A stretch of DNA of 64,000 nucleotides from Candidatus Atabeyarchaeum deiterrae (GCA_037310415.1 CP147780.1:64001-128000), one strand, 5' to 3'; counted from the stretch's first letter, positions 50,281 through 61,076 are shown. Numbers and translations: made by a program. Notes: generated by a model from the letters alone, not told the origin.

Positions 50281-51221
50281 ATGACTTCTCGAGGTCATAT
50301 GCTGGAGTTGCGCGGAATGCAAGGTGACTCAAAGAGAAGTGAATCCCGAGACGAGTTTCCAACTAGGCGGGATCTATCTGTGAAGGAAATACTGACGAGG
50401 TTCAAAGGGCTCCTGGGAGAGATGGGCGTCCAATACGGTTCTCTCACGATTAATAAGATAGGCGAGACATGGCCGGCCAAAATCAGTGTTGACGGGCAGA
50501 GGAATATTAAGCTTCTCTTCAACCCTAGCATGCTGCAATACTTGACCGTGAAGCAGGTTGATTCACTGCTTTATCATGAAGCTTGCCATGCTGTGGCGTT
50601 GCCAGCTACGGTTATGCCATGTGTTGATGGGGGTGCGCCGATTCCGCTACTGACGGACTACTTTGATTGCTATGCGGAGTACCTCGCGCATGTCGAGTTC
50701 TTGAAGAGGTACAGGGCGACTGAAATTCACGAGGGGCTAAGTAAGGTACACCTCTGGCTTCTCGATAACATAGAGATGATCATACGGTACTTGAGGCAGG
50801 AACTGGATCCAGATCCGAGCATTCGGTTAGGAGAGGATGCGTTTCAGATGAGGGAACCTTCCTCTTTTCCATAGTGTATGACTCAATGTTCTTCTTCGCA
50901 GCAGGAGATAATGCGTTTCTTGATAGGTGCCGTAGTCTGAATGTCGTAGGTTTACACAGGTTCATCGAGTGGGTTTACGAGGATTTCGAGTACATCAGGA
51001 AACTTGCTCTGCCACTTGAGACAATGATGGACGCAGTAATCTTTTCCGGTAGGCTGAGTAGTTGCATCGAGCCTCGTTTGCTCATGTTGCGCGGCGAGAT
51101 CGTGTTTTACCCAGATATTCTGCAGTTCATACAAATCGGAACACGAGCAAATGTGAAGTGGACAACCGATCTGGCTACAGCCTGGCAGGAGAGACTACCT
51201 TGCCAGACCCAACAAACCTGA
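50281..51221 (+). pseudogene. HExxH zincin-like protein split by a frameshift near 50820-50870
   Basis: LLYHEACH...AEY.A; the second frame continues DEGTFLFSIVYDSMFF. Confidence 0.65.
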
Positions 51222-51365
51222 TAATGACGAGGGTGACCCCTAAATGCGTTTGACATGAAAACAGTCTGGGCAACCCCGCTGCGCCAAGCTGCACAGTCGT
51301 CTGAACTCGATGGCCCTCACTTGCCACTATTGTGCGCTTCCCCGTTTTCCCGAAGTGAGCTATGT

Positions 51366-51760
51366 CATTCGTGGGCTTCATATAGGGAGCATCCAGACCG
51401 CGCTGATGAAGAAGCGTAAACATTGAAGGACGAAGATTGAGTCCAGAAACCCGATGTCAACCAACCTCATGCGACAATGCTGCTACAATGGCAGGGATGA
51501 ACCTTCGACCAAATCACTCGGCAACCAAGAAACCGAGAAAGAAACAGACGCTTATTGGCGCTAAACTGGAAGGGTGAAATGTCAGAGGCGATGTGAGTTA
51601 TACACAGAGAATGCATGCCCTCCGCTAGTCGCTGGAATCTGAAGGAAAGCGTTAGGACATCTTTGGGGAAAACACCCAACACAATGAATAACCTCTTCTA
51701 CGAAACAAAGTAAACCCACCAAACTCCTCCCCGAATTCGTTCCTCAACAAACACCCTCTT
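51366..51760 (-). repeat. ~395-bp dispersed non-coding repeat, copy A (candidate structured RNA)
   Basis: Collinear conserved blocks shared with 58676-59077; no conserved ORF. Confidence 0.85.
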
Positions 51761-51836
51761 TCGTTGGCGGTAGCACGAGACCCCGAAAAATCAATATAGG
51801 TGTCATTCCAACTCAATCGCCAGAGGAGGGGTTAAG

Positions 51837-52034
51837 ATGAGAAACACCCAACAGAAGATGCCAAATAAATTTCTGACCAAGCTACACAAAGGCTCGTCAA
51901 CGGAAGATATTGAGAGGGCATTGTTTGAGAGATTTTCGAAGGGCCCGCGAGACAACAAGAAAATCAGTGGCGAGATCGAGGAGTTTGTGAAGACCCTGCC
52001 AGACAAAGACATCATGATCGAGGTACATTCATGA
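51837..52034 (+). CDS. Small hypothetical protein coupled to the MFS gene
   Basis: GGAGG SD; ATGA overlap with 52031. Confidence 0.55.
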   Translation: MRNTQQKMPNKFLTKLHKGSSTEDIERALFERFSKGPRDNKKISGEIEEFVKTLPDKDIMIEVHS

Positions 52035-53239
52035 CTGAAAAAGGCTCGGTGACAGGCTTTCTAGCCTTGGAAAGAAACGTCATCACGATCTCCATCAGCG
52101 GCTCCATAGCTACTGGCTTCAACGCAGTCTGGATGCCTTTCGTACCACTCTTCATGAGTGGTTTTCTACGATTAGGCCCAATGCTGATAGCGGGTCTGTA
52201 TACAGCTATGTCTCTTACAGCGGCAGTCTTCATGATCATTTCAGGCCGCGCATCAAATCGTTTGGGGAGGAAACCCACAATAATCCTCGCTCGTTGCCTA
52301 CTGGTACTAGCACCGCTGTTCCTGCTTCTTTCAATAAGCGCAAATGCGTACATCGCCCTCCCGGCGATGGTTTTGCTTGGAGCTGGGATGGGTTTAGGTG
52401 GCCCGGCTGCATCGACGCTCCTCACTGAGAGCGTGAAGGCTGAAAAGAGAGGGACGGCGCTGATGGTTGCTACCCGAGTCTTCCCGTCGCTACCGCCAAT
52501 AGCTACATCGATTGTTGGAGGTCTCTTGACCGCCCAAGGTGCCTTTGCATTTACGTATCTCCTTGGAACCGTGGGTCTCGCCACCATGCTCATAGTAGAG
52601 CTTATCGGCTTAAGGGAAACACTAAGACCAGAAATGGAAAAACCAGCGCAAAAGATGGAAAGTGGGAAGTCAAAGTCTACTTTGCGTCCCAGAGATCAAT
52701 TCATCATAATCCTCTCAATCGCTTACGCACTCGATTCAGTTTCTACACAAGCGATAAGTTGGTACATTCCTCTGTACGTAACGAGCCTCGGGTACACAGC
52801 ATTTCTCGTGGGCATAATGGGCTCCGTTCTGGGGGCTGCAGTCGCAGTGTCAGCATTGATCGGAGGAAAAATAACCGACAAGATAGGTAGATATCAGGCC
52901 ATAATCATCAGCTGGGGTGGCTTGGTACCCATGTTGGTGCTGTTCACGATAACCCAGAACTATTACCTCCTGCTCGTTACCTATGCTCTTTGGGTTTCCT
53001 TTGACTTGATCGACATGGCGGCACCTATTGCCTGGATAAGTGACAGAACCGAACCAAAAGAAAGAGCTTTAAAAATCAGTTTCTTCCAAAGCGTTTCCAG
53101 CTTTGCATCGATTATCGGCCCAACTATAGGGGGCCTCATGTTACTGCTAAGTAGTCAAGGCCCATTTCTATTCAAGATGGTGGCGCAACTAATCGCGCTA
53201 ATACTTATTGTTGTACTGGTGCGCAGGAAGCGGTCCTGA
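52031..53239 (+). CDS. MFS transporter
   Basis: 12 TM; motif A variants GRASNRLGRK and GKITDKIGRY. Confidence 0.93.
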   Translation: MTEKGSVTGFLALERNVITISISGSIATGFNAVWMPFVPLFMSGFLRLGPMLIAGLYTAMSLTAAVFMIISGRASNRLGRKPTIILARCLLVLAPLFLLLSISANAYIALPAMVLLGAGMGLGGPAASTLLTESVKAEKRGTALMVATRVFPSLPPIATSIVGGLLTAQGAFAFTYLLGTVGLATMLIVELIGLRETLRPEMEKPAQKMESGKSKSTLRPRDQFIIILSIAYALDSVSTQAISWYIPLYVTSLGYTAFLVGIMGSVLGAAVAVSALIGGKITDKIGRYQAIIISWGGLVPMLVLFTITQNYYLLLVTYALWVSFDLIDMAAPIAWISDRTEPKERALKISFFQSVSSFASIIGPTIGGLMLLLSSQGPFLFKMVAQLIALILIVVLVRRKRS

Positions 53240-53949
53240 AGCCCTAGTCGTTGACCCTAAATTTGCGCAGTGAAGGTATTCTTTGCCGTGAGGGACTGGA
53301 GAAGTATTAGAAAGTATAGGAACGAAATCTGAGCGGGTATGGATAGAGACACTCCCTTCAACGGCATTCTCTTACTGGGTTTTTATGTTATTTAAGATGC
53401 TTCAGTGAAAGCTCTGATTGCTTTCATGCGGGCAGTCGCAACCTTGACAAGCCATAGGAGCATGGGAGTCCATTTCGCTAGCCAAACGCCTCGTAGAGAA
53501 GGGATTTGGTCCCTCTAACCTACTGGCTGTCCCAGGTATGTATCGAGGCTAAGGGGATAGTTTCACGCAAAAACCATTCCCAGAAGGTTAGAGGGTTAAG
53601 CACTGCCGCCTACCCGGGATCGATGTCAGAAACATGCCTCACTGTGTCCCCTGCCCCCTCAGGCGGAAGTACGTGACAACATATTCTCGCCAACTATCTA
53701 TATAGATTGGCGCAAATGTTGTGAATTTCGACACAAGGATTGCGGAGTTCTCAACATGTTTCTCGGATATGCCTATAGATTGCCCGAAATGATCTCCTTT
53801 TGTGGGAGTTCAGCTGTGTTTTCGGCTCGAAAACCCATAGGCCCGAAGGCATCAGTTTACGTGTGAACCCGCAACATGACGCAAGCTTCTTATCGAGATC
53901 CACGTGACATATTTCGAGGCGCAACAGAGCAATGAGGAGGGAACGCTAG

Positions 53950-54204
53950 ATGTCACCTATCAGAGCTGTAATTCCCGTCGAAGCTGATCAGGTGGATAAG
54001 ATCAAAGACCAGTGGAACAGGCTCAAGGACGAATATCTGTTATGCGGTTTCCTCGTGCTCACCAACAAAGACCAAGGCATCGCGAAGCACCTTCAGGACC
54101 ATTTCCGTGATTTCCACGAAATGTCGGGATCACTGAACGATATTCTATATCGGAGAACCACTCGGCAGGAAAAAGAAAAAGGCGATGGAACAGAGAAAAG
54201 GTGA
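53950..54204 (+). pseudogene. Truncated hypothetical gene
   Basis: GGAGG SD and a plausible globular N-terminus (GFLVLTNKD...HFRDFHEMSG), then a low-complexity tail and stops. Confidence 0.45.
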
Positions 54205-54406
54205 CAAAGGATTCCCATAGATAAGAGGGATAATGTGGTCAAGATAATTCCTAGCTGATCCCTCGCTCTCTGTGGCAGATCGAATTGAGAAATTGACGGA
54301 TGCACATAACGCTCGCATCTGCAACGGAGAAGGATTCATCGAGTTCTTCATACTTTTCTTAAACGGTTACCCTGAGCGGATTATGCAAAGGTGTTGGAAA
54401 AGGAAA

Positions 54407-56170
54407 ATGAGCGATATGCTAATGTTAGGGCGAATTACAGAGTTGCTAGGCAACAGACACACTATGAAAGTTTGCGTCGTTGGGTCAGATGCTGTAGGAA
54501 AGAGGTCACTCATTTTCCCGGTAGCGACTAGTAAGTTCAGTGATAGCTACTTTTCAAGTATCGGAACAGACTTCGGTGTGAAAGTGATTAAATGGGGCAA
54601 TACCGATATCCGCTTGCAGTTCTGGATTCTCAGACCAGGGAATCAATTCGAACGTGTTAGGCGATTTTACTTCGAAAACTCAAAAAGTGTAATCTTTTGT
54701 TTCGATTTGAGCAGGCCCCAATCCCTTATGGATCTGTCGGATGGTATAATAGAGGAAACGTTGACGCCTATCGCGGACGCACGACTGTCTGTACTGCTAG
54801 TTGGATGCAAAGCTGATCTCGCAAGCGAGAACGCTTATCTGACGAAACCTATAGAGGACGCGATAAGTCTCATTCGTCGGATCAAAGGCGGCTTGGAAGA
54901 AGTTCCATTCATCAGTACGTCGGCGCTAACTGGAATGAATGTTCATAAGGTATTCTATAAGAGCGCCGAACTTTACCTAAGATTTGGCGCAAAGAAGATC
55001 AGCGAGATTTCCGCGGGACAGAAAGAAATGCTCAAGGAACCCGAAGAGAAGTCTAGGGAGCGAACCCAGCTATTAATGCGCCTCTTTGGTCCAGAAGAGC
55101 TGTTCAGAATAGGAAAAAGCTTGAACTTGGACTATTTCAAAGGATTCTCCAGCCAGTTAAATATGAAACAGCATCAAGCAGCGCTAGAGATTGCGTGGAA
55201 CATCGATGATTCGGATTTGATTCGCTTGACGGGCGGGCTAGCTCCCGAACGCAAGCTGACGTTCGGCGGTTTTTATGGAAAGTACTACAGCGTGTCAGAG
55301 ATAGGCCGACTGACACATGGGGGTTCATGGAATATTGTGCGCGAGAATTGCCAAACGGCTCTTGGGAATTGGGGAGACGGAGCCTATGGAGTGCTTCGAG
55401 CGTTCGTGAATAGGAACGGAGTGGCTACCTACCTCGATCTAGTCGGCGAGACTGAAAGCATTCTGGGGTACGAAATCGCTCCCTCTGGTATGTTGAAGAA
55501 TCTTGAGTCCCTCAGACTGGTGTTTGAGACGGGAAGCAGCAACTATCCCAACTGGCAGATGCCACCCGAAATCATCACGCTGATTAGAGAAGAGCTAGAT
55601 GAGTTCAAGAGACCCCTGAAGCCACATGTCACATTAACGCCTGGTGACAAAATGCTAAGCCTCGAGAAAAGAGTAGATAACACTGTTCGTAGTATAGTCG
55701 AGGCTAGGCGCAACCTTAACCTGATTTTCAAGTCGAGATTTGGAACCGGTCTCTTCATACATGATGAAATCGCAATCAGCTACATACGAGAACCCTGTAG
55801 TAGCGAAGAGGAGTTTAACAGCAGAATATTGTCTCTCGCTACACTCATAGACGGGATAGAGACCAAACCTATCAAAGCTCTAATCAAGTCTTCAACCCCA
55901 GATAGGGGTTCGGTTAACATAATCGATGTACTCCTCCGTGAGGTTTCACCCGATTTTGATGAGGATATCATCAAGACGCTGAGAAACATTATTACGTTGA
56001 GAAGTAAAAAGTACCCTGTTCACCGAGACGAACCAGAATTTCTGAAGGCTTTGCGATATTTCGGTTTCGAAACTTTTCCTCCAGATTGGCAAGCACTCTG
56101 GGAAAAGGTTCTCCAGAAATACTTGAATAGTCTGGAAAGATTGGTCTCAGAATTTGGCAGCATTGAATAG
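54407..56170 (+). CDS. Rab/Ras-like small GTPase domain (degenerate G3) fused to wHTH and a HEPN-like C-terminal domain; start uncertain (54272-54464)
   Basis: KVCVVGSDAVGKRS (G1), YFSSIGTDF (G2), LQFWILRPG (G3 lost), LVGCKADL (G4), TSALTGMNV (G5); C-terminal ITLRSKKYPVH. Confidence 0.8.
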   Translation: MSDMLMLGRITELLGNRHTMKVCVVGSDAVGKRSLIFPVATSKFSDSYFSSIGTDFGVKVIKWGNTDIRLQFWILRPGNQFERVRRFYFENSKSVIFCFDLSRPQSLMDLSDGIIEETLTPIADARLSVLLVGCKADLASENAYLTKPIEDAISLIRRIKGGLEEVPFISTSALTGMNVHKVFYKSAELYLRFGAKKISEISAGQKEMLKEPEEKSRERTQLLMRLFGPEELFRIGKSLNLDYFKGFSSQLNMKQHQAALEIAWNIDDSDLIRLTGGLAPERKLTFGGFYGKYYSVSEIGRLTHGGSWNIVRENCQTALGNWGDGAYGVLRAFVNRNGVATYLDLVGETESILGYEIAPSGMLKNLESLRLVFETGSSNYPNWQMPPEIITLIREELDEFKRPLKPHVTLTPGDKMLSLEKRVDNTVRSIVEARRNLNLIFKSRFGTGLFIHDEIAISYIREPCSSEEEFNSRILSLATLIDGIETKPIKALIKSSTPDRGSVNIIDVLLREVSPDFDEDIIKTLRNIITLRSKKYPVHRDEPEFLKALRYFGFETFPPDWQALWEKVLQKYLNSLERLVSEFGSIE

Positions 56171-56732
56171 AGGAGTTTTGTTCGTGGTTATTATGGTTCT
56201 GACTGAGGCAAAAGCGTCATATCTGAACATGCCGCATGAACTGAAGTCTCTGGATACAGAGCCTGAAAGGTTCTTGCTGCAATCGAGCAGAACAGACCAT
56301 GCATTATGATTGTTATCTATTTACTGACCAGTAATGTCACGCAAGTATTGTTGGAAGATATGCGTGAATGGACATACGGCGCCATCTATTAAATTCCGGC
56401 ACCCTCCAGCAAATTCCACACAAAAGGCGCGACCGCGTTTTGGAAGAAGTTGAAGCCGGCAACCCAGTCGAGGCATACTGCGAAGAGGAAAACGAAGGCA
56501 GCGAGTTGAACACCGAGCCAGACGCGAACCTAGAGGACAGCGCCCTCCAAGGGGATAACATTGACTCAGCGAACATGATTATGGCACCAATACCGAAAAT
56601 AATATCCAGAATAGGCTCCAAGCCACCTGCAACGAGCGTAGCCTTGCTCATAAAGCTGCTAACGCCTCACTGTTCAACATTTCAAGGCGCACCGTACAGG
56701 GATCCCTCGACGATCCCCACTCTGGGATTGCC

Positions 56733-57095
56733 TTGTGGAAGTTCATTAACCGAAGTCAACAGGACATGCCGTCTCCGGTTAGCTGGATAGATAAAAGCTC
56801 GGCCATCGTTTTCTACTTGGAGGGGAACTTGGTGGGAGAGTGTCGAGTCGCCAAAGTTGAACGCGACTTTGAAGCCACCACAGAACTCAATGAGTTCCTG
56901 TATAGGGTTGGGTACTTTTCCAAATCCAGTTCCACATTCTTCAAAACGCTAATCGTCTACGATGTCCTCAAGAAGTATCACCCGTCGAAGTCGTAGGACA
57001 GCTTTAGAAAGAGATTCCCACGTCACAAGGGACGTATCCTACGGCGTTCGAGAGAGATATTTGAGAACGAGCTAGCTTGGATAAGAGGAGAATGA
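56733..57095 (+). pseudogene. Degraded hypothetical gene, possibly PUA/EVE-like
   Basis: IVFYLEGNLVGECRVAKV. The frame continues after the TAG at 56994 as DSFRKRFPRHKGRILRRSREIFENELAWIRGE*. Confidence 0.4.
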
Positions 57096-57304
57096 CTCTA
57101 GACAGTGCTGGCTGAATCGAACAGTCTGACATCTGGCCTTTGGCTCTTGCCCACTTCGGCAACTTCTTCTGGATCTTGGGGTTCTGCTGAGATTTCCTCA
57201 TACGGGTCGTCTTACTATAATATCCTACTCAGCTTCGAATCTCTATGGTCTTTCGATTAACCTTCTGAATGTCATCTATACGAGTAATTACGCATAATAA
57301 TCTT

Positions 57305-57766
57305 TCATAAGCCAAGACCTCTGCTTGCTCTACATAAAACCTCACTAACATAATTCTCGTGCCTAATCCTACTCTGAGTCTCACCAAAATCCCAATCTCC
57401 AATTATATCTGCCAGATCTTTGCCATCAAATCTGGCAAAATCGAATTGCGTACTCTCATTGCGTAAGCCAATCTTCTGCAGAACGGAATGTATAGTCTCA
57501 TGCGACAATATGAGGCTCATTACAATATCCTCTTTTCCAATGTAATTTCTGAGGGTCTGCCCTAATCCAAACCCAACGTACACATTGTCATTACCCGTCC
57601 AGTAACCAGTGTCACAACCTTTGGATAAACGCACGCCTGTCATATGTTTTGACAAACCCAACCCATAACGAATAAATCGCGATAAGAAGTACAGGACCAT
57701 TACCAATGCCAATATGATGGTGATAACAAGGAAAACACAAAGCAAGTCAAACATATCAATCATCAA
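57305..57766 (-). CDS. Membrane-anchored HExxH metallopeptidase-like protein
   Basis: N-terminal TM; ILSHETIHSVL. Confidence 0.6.
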   Translation of the reverse strand: MMIDMFDLLCVFLVITIILALVMVLYFLSRFIRYGLGLSKHMTGVRLSKGCDTGYWTGNDNVYVGFGLGQTLRNYIGKEDIVMSLILSHETIHSVLQKIGLRNESTQFDFARFDGKDLADIIGDWDFGETQSRIRHENYVSEVLCRASRGLGL

Positions 57767-57891
57767 CTAGCACCAGCACGCGTTGTCGGCAATCATCTCG
57801 TGGCTCAATCTTTCCCTGATCTCTCACATCATCTCACTGTGGGTAATGCCATGTATGAGTTTCTACTTGATATCGTGAGTACCTAATTCGC

Positions 57892-58482
57892 TCACACCCT
57901 TCCCTTTTTTCTTTTGCGAATGGCTTCTACCTCTTTGTTCGCAAGTGGGCGAGCCTCGCCAATTCCAATCCTTTGTTCCACTGCAATCAAAGAAGCAATA
58001 GCCCCTTCCCCTTGATTATACACTTTATCACAGAGATCAGCCGCATTTCTGAGATTCGTACCATCGCGAGTCTCCAAGTGTTCCCATATTAGCTGAAGTC
58101 GAATTTCTGAATTCCTATAGAATGTTAAAGTACTAACGATAGTATCCTCAGGCAGAAGTGGTAGCTCTGGCAAAAAGGCCATGAACGTATCTCGACTAAA
58201 TGCCGATTTGTAGCTCTCGATGGTTTCAATGATTTTTCCCTGCATCTGCTCGGAGGTCAAAGTCAAAGTTTTCTCCAATTCCTCAAATATGTCTCTCAGG
58301 TCCCAAATCGCTATCAGGCGAGAAAGAATGTCAATGTGTAAGATTGAGGCAACTCCGAGTTTTCTATTTTCCTTTTGTCTTTTCTCTTGTCTTATTGAAA
58401 ACTCGTATGTTAATAGAGCGCCCACAAATAACCCTGCGAGGAGCAATAAAACGTTCGTTAGTAGCTCTACGAGTTCAACCAT
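57892..58482 (-). CDS. Single-TM helical hypothetical protein
   Basis: N-terminal TM, GGAGAGG SD and a GGTTATAT TATA upstream. Confidence 0.7.
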   Translation of the reverse strand: MVELVELLTNVLLLLAGLFVGALLTYEFSIRQEKRQKENRKLGVASILHIDILSRLIAIWDLRDIFEELEKTLTLTSEQMQGKIIETIESYKSAFSRDTFMAFLPELPLLPEDTIVSTLTFYRNSEIRLQLIWEHLETRDGTNLRNAADLCDKVYNQGEGAIASLIAVEQRIGIGEARPLANKEVEAIRKRKKGRV

Positions 58483-58675
58483 GATCCCTCTCCACTAATC
58501 AAGGCCGCGCCCAAGAGATATAACCATGCCAGTTCAGAAAGCGGATGCTCAAATGCTTGTCATTCCCTATCGACGAGATGCCACCTTTCCTCCAGCCCTT
58601 TGGCCCTTCGTGCAGTTTCTCTTCCATATCGCTTCTCTACTTCAATCCCTAGAGAATTCTGTGACTTCAGTGTTA

Positions 58676-59077
58676 CATTCGTGGACTTCATATAAGAAGC
58701 GCCGAGACCACGATAATGGAGAGTGAGCACCGGGGGACGAAGATCAGCGTAGGATCCTGATGCTTCTCTAAAACGATTCATGACGTTAGCGGCAACGCCG
58801 AGGAATGAACCTTCGACCAAATCACCCAAAGAACGAACAAAACAAGAGAGAAGGCAAATGACGCACCTGTGAAACTGGTCAAGATGGGTGAAATGTCAAA
58901 GGCGATGCAGGTCAGATACAGAGAGATCGCATGAACCTCACGGTAACGGTCGGATTTCAGAGGAAAGCGTCAGGACACCTTTGGGGAAAACATCCAACAC
59001 AACGAACAACTCCTTCAACCCAGTAAAGCGACGCAGCTAGCTCCTCCGCTGAATCCTCCCTCAACAAACACCCTCTT
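58676..59077 (-). repeat. ~400-bp dispersed non-coding repeat, copy B (candidate structured RNA)
   Basis: Shares ATGAACCTTCGACCAAATCAC, GGGTGAAATGTCA, GGAAAGCGT.AGGACA.CTTTGGGGAAAACA.CCAACACAA and CCTCAACAAACACCCTCTT with copy A. Confidence 0.85.
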
Positions 59078-59786
59078 CCCCCTTTTTTGCTCAAAACCTC
59101 ATCGTGTACTCTCAAACACTCTCTCCTACCCCACCAACATCAAACAAACAACCTTTTTCACAACGGTATGCAACTTCACTGATTGGGCCATCGTCTCGAA
59201 ACAAGAGAACTTTCGCAAGCGCGTGTTAGTATGTGCTGAGAGGGTTGGAGAGAGAGCCAACGGGTAGCCGGCAGGCTAACCCAGAGCAACAAAGAAGAAG
59301 AGAACATCTGTCAGGAGGCTGGAAACCGGAAGGCGGAACGCTAGCCTGACAATACGTTGAGAAGAAGAGGAATCCAACTGAGGAGAACCATCAGCCAAAA
59401 GAATGGAACCACAACCAAGACGACATGTAACCTGAAGAAAACGACAGAGGGAATTGTAGGAAGTGAACGAAATGAAGAAACTACTCAAAACTTCTCTGAC
59501 AAACTCCCTTCCTGCAAAGAAATAGACTATGCAGAATTTTAAGAAACCACAAACTGACAGGTAATTGCACTCCTCAACCATGGCGATTTCGAGGAGGGCG
59601 GCACAAAGGTGTAGGCGGAGGGCAGCTCACTTCTCAAAAATACCCTCAGACAGAACCGCAGAGTCTTCAGCGAACAAGAGAAAGCGGGAAACTACCGCTC
59701 CTCCCTCTATCATCAAAGAGTAGGAAAAACAACCCTCCACCACACCGTGCAATCGTAAGTAAATCACGTGCAGGAAGAGAGGTTAA

Positions 59787-60971
59787 AAAAGAAGAGGGAG
59801 GAAACCAGCAAAGAAAGTCGTACGAGAGATATTCCAGAGATGGCAAAGCGGAGAACCAAGCGGGAAACTTCGTCGAGAGTACAATGTACCAAAGACCACA
59901 TTTTACAGGGGGCTACGACAACTTAACCCAAGGAAATACAGAAAGATCGTGAATGAGCGACAACCACACCACAAAATACCAATATCGATTATCTGGAGAA
60001 GACTAGACAACGGAGAGTCAGCTAGGAAGATCGCTGAGAAATACCACATTTCCCACAGCAACCTACGTGAGAGATTAGAGCGACTTGACAAGAAGAGATA
60101 CAAGAAGATCATGATTAAACGAGGAGCACAACACATAGTACCAATATCCGAAACCTGGAAGAAACTAGAAGATGGAGAACCACTCGGAAAGATTGCACAA
60201 AAATACAGCATACCACCAGAAACGCTCCGACGCAGGCTAGTAAAAGCTGACAGAGACAGGTACATGGCCATAAGGAGAAAGCGAAAACTGGGAACAGTAC
60301 CCCCAGAGATACTATTCAGGAAGCTAGCAGGCGGAGAGTCAGTCAGAAAGATCGCCCAAGAATATTGCATGTACCCTGAGAAACTGCGTCGCAGATTACT
60401 ACAATTTGAAAGAGAAATATACGAGGAAATCATCGATCGAACGAGAGCCATCAAGTCAGAAGGATATGGCTCTCAAGAAGCCAAGGCAGAAGGAGCAGAC
60501 AGCGACTTCGAACTGCAAGTCAGGAAGATCCTAGACGAACATAGCATTAAGTTTTGCAGCCCTACACTAAAACTGGGAAAGCGTAGATATTTCCCAGACT
60601 TCATGACATCCGATCGAACAATCGTTGAAGCCGCGGGAGTCACCAACAGAGAATACTGGGAACGTTACAGAGAGAAAACGAAGAACTATCTTAAACATGG
60701 CTATCCAGCACTCATCGTGGTACCATACAATCTGAGAAAAAGAGCCAAGGATTATCTTCCACACAGCTACATGATCGCGTCAGTCTGGATCAGCGATTTC
60801 AAAAAAGATCCGAAGAAGTATCTCAGAATCTTGAGGTCCCTAAGAAAGGTGCCCATCAAAGAACGCTTTCCTCCAGAACCAAGACTCGCTCTGAGAGTCA
60901 GGACAGAGGTGATGGCGACTCTCTGTTGTTCCCCTCCAGAGCGTTCCCGGGCAGCGACAGACATAGGGTGA
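59787..60971 (+). CDS. Four tandem HTH repeats plus a PD-(D/E)xK-like nuclease; canonical start codon missing for the first repeat
   Basis: Repeats of the form I.....GE...KIA.KY.I....LRRRL. The frame is open from 59787, adding EIFQRWQSGEPSGKLRREYNVPKTTFYRGL upstream of the GTG at 59949. C-terminal FE...YFPDF...IVEAAG. Confidence 0.8.
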   Translation, partial: KRRGRKPAKKVVREIFQRWQSGEPSGKLRREYNVPKTTFYRGLRQLNPRKYRKIVNERQPHHKIPISIIWRRLDNGESARKIAEKYHISHSNLRERLERLDKKRYKKIMIKRGAQHIVPISETWKKLEDGEPLGKIAQKYSIPPETLRRRLVKADRDRYMAIRRKRKLGTVPPEILFRKLAGGESVRKIAQEYCMYPEKLRRRLLQFEREIYEEIIDRTRAIKSEGYGSQEAKAEGADSDFELQVRKILDEHSIKFCSPTLKLGKRRYFPDFMTSDRTIVEAAGVTNREYWERYREKTKNYLKHGYPALIVVPYNLRKRAKDYLPHSYMIASVWISDFKKDPKKYLRILRSLRKVPIKERFPPEPRLALRVRTEVMATLCCSPPERSRAATDIG

Positions 60972-61076
60972 CTCTGCAGGCGAACCTGGAATGGCTCCGA
61001 GCAGAGGCGTATGCGGTGCTTTCCGGCACTCTGGAGACCTGAGGACTGTTTATTAGGCTGAGTTATCTTTTCTATC

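Noticed and set aside
50024-59077. The dispersed repeat as an integron attC site, IS200/IS605 end, group II intron or tyrosine recombinase relic
   Set aside because: There are no RYYYAAC/GTTRRRY boxes, no complete terminal hairpin after GAAGCCCACG and no domain V motif. The HRL*H reading has the stop in both copies, and substitutions show no synonymous bias.
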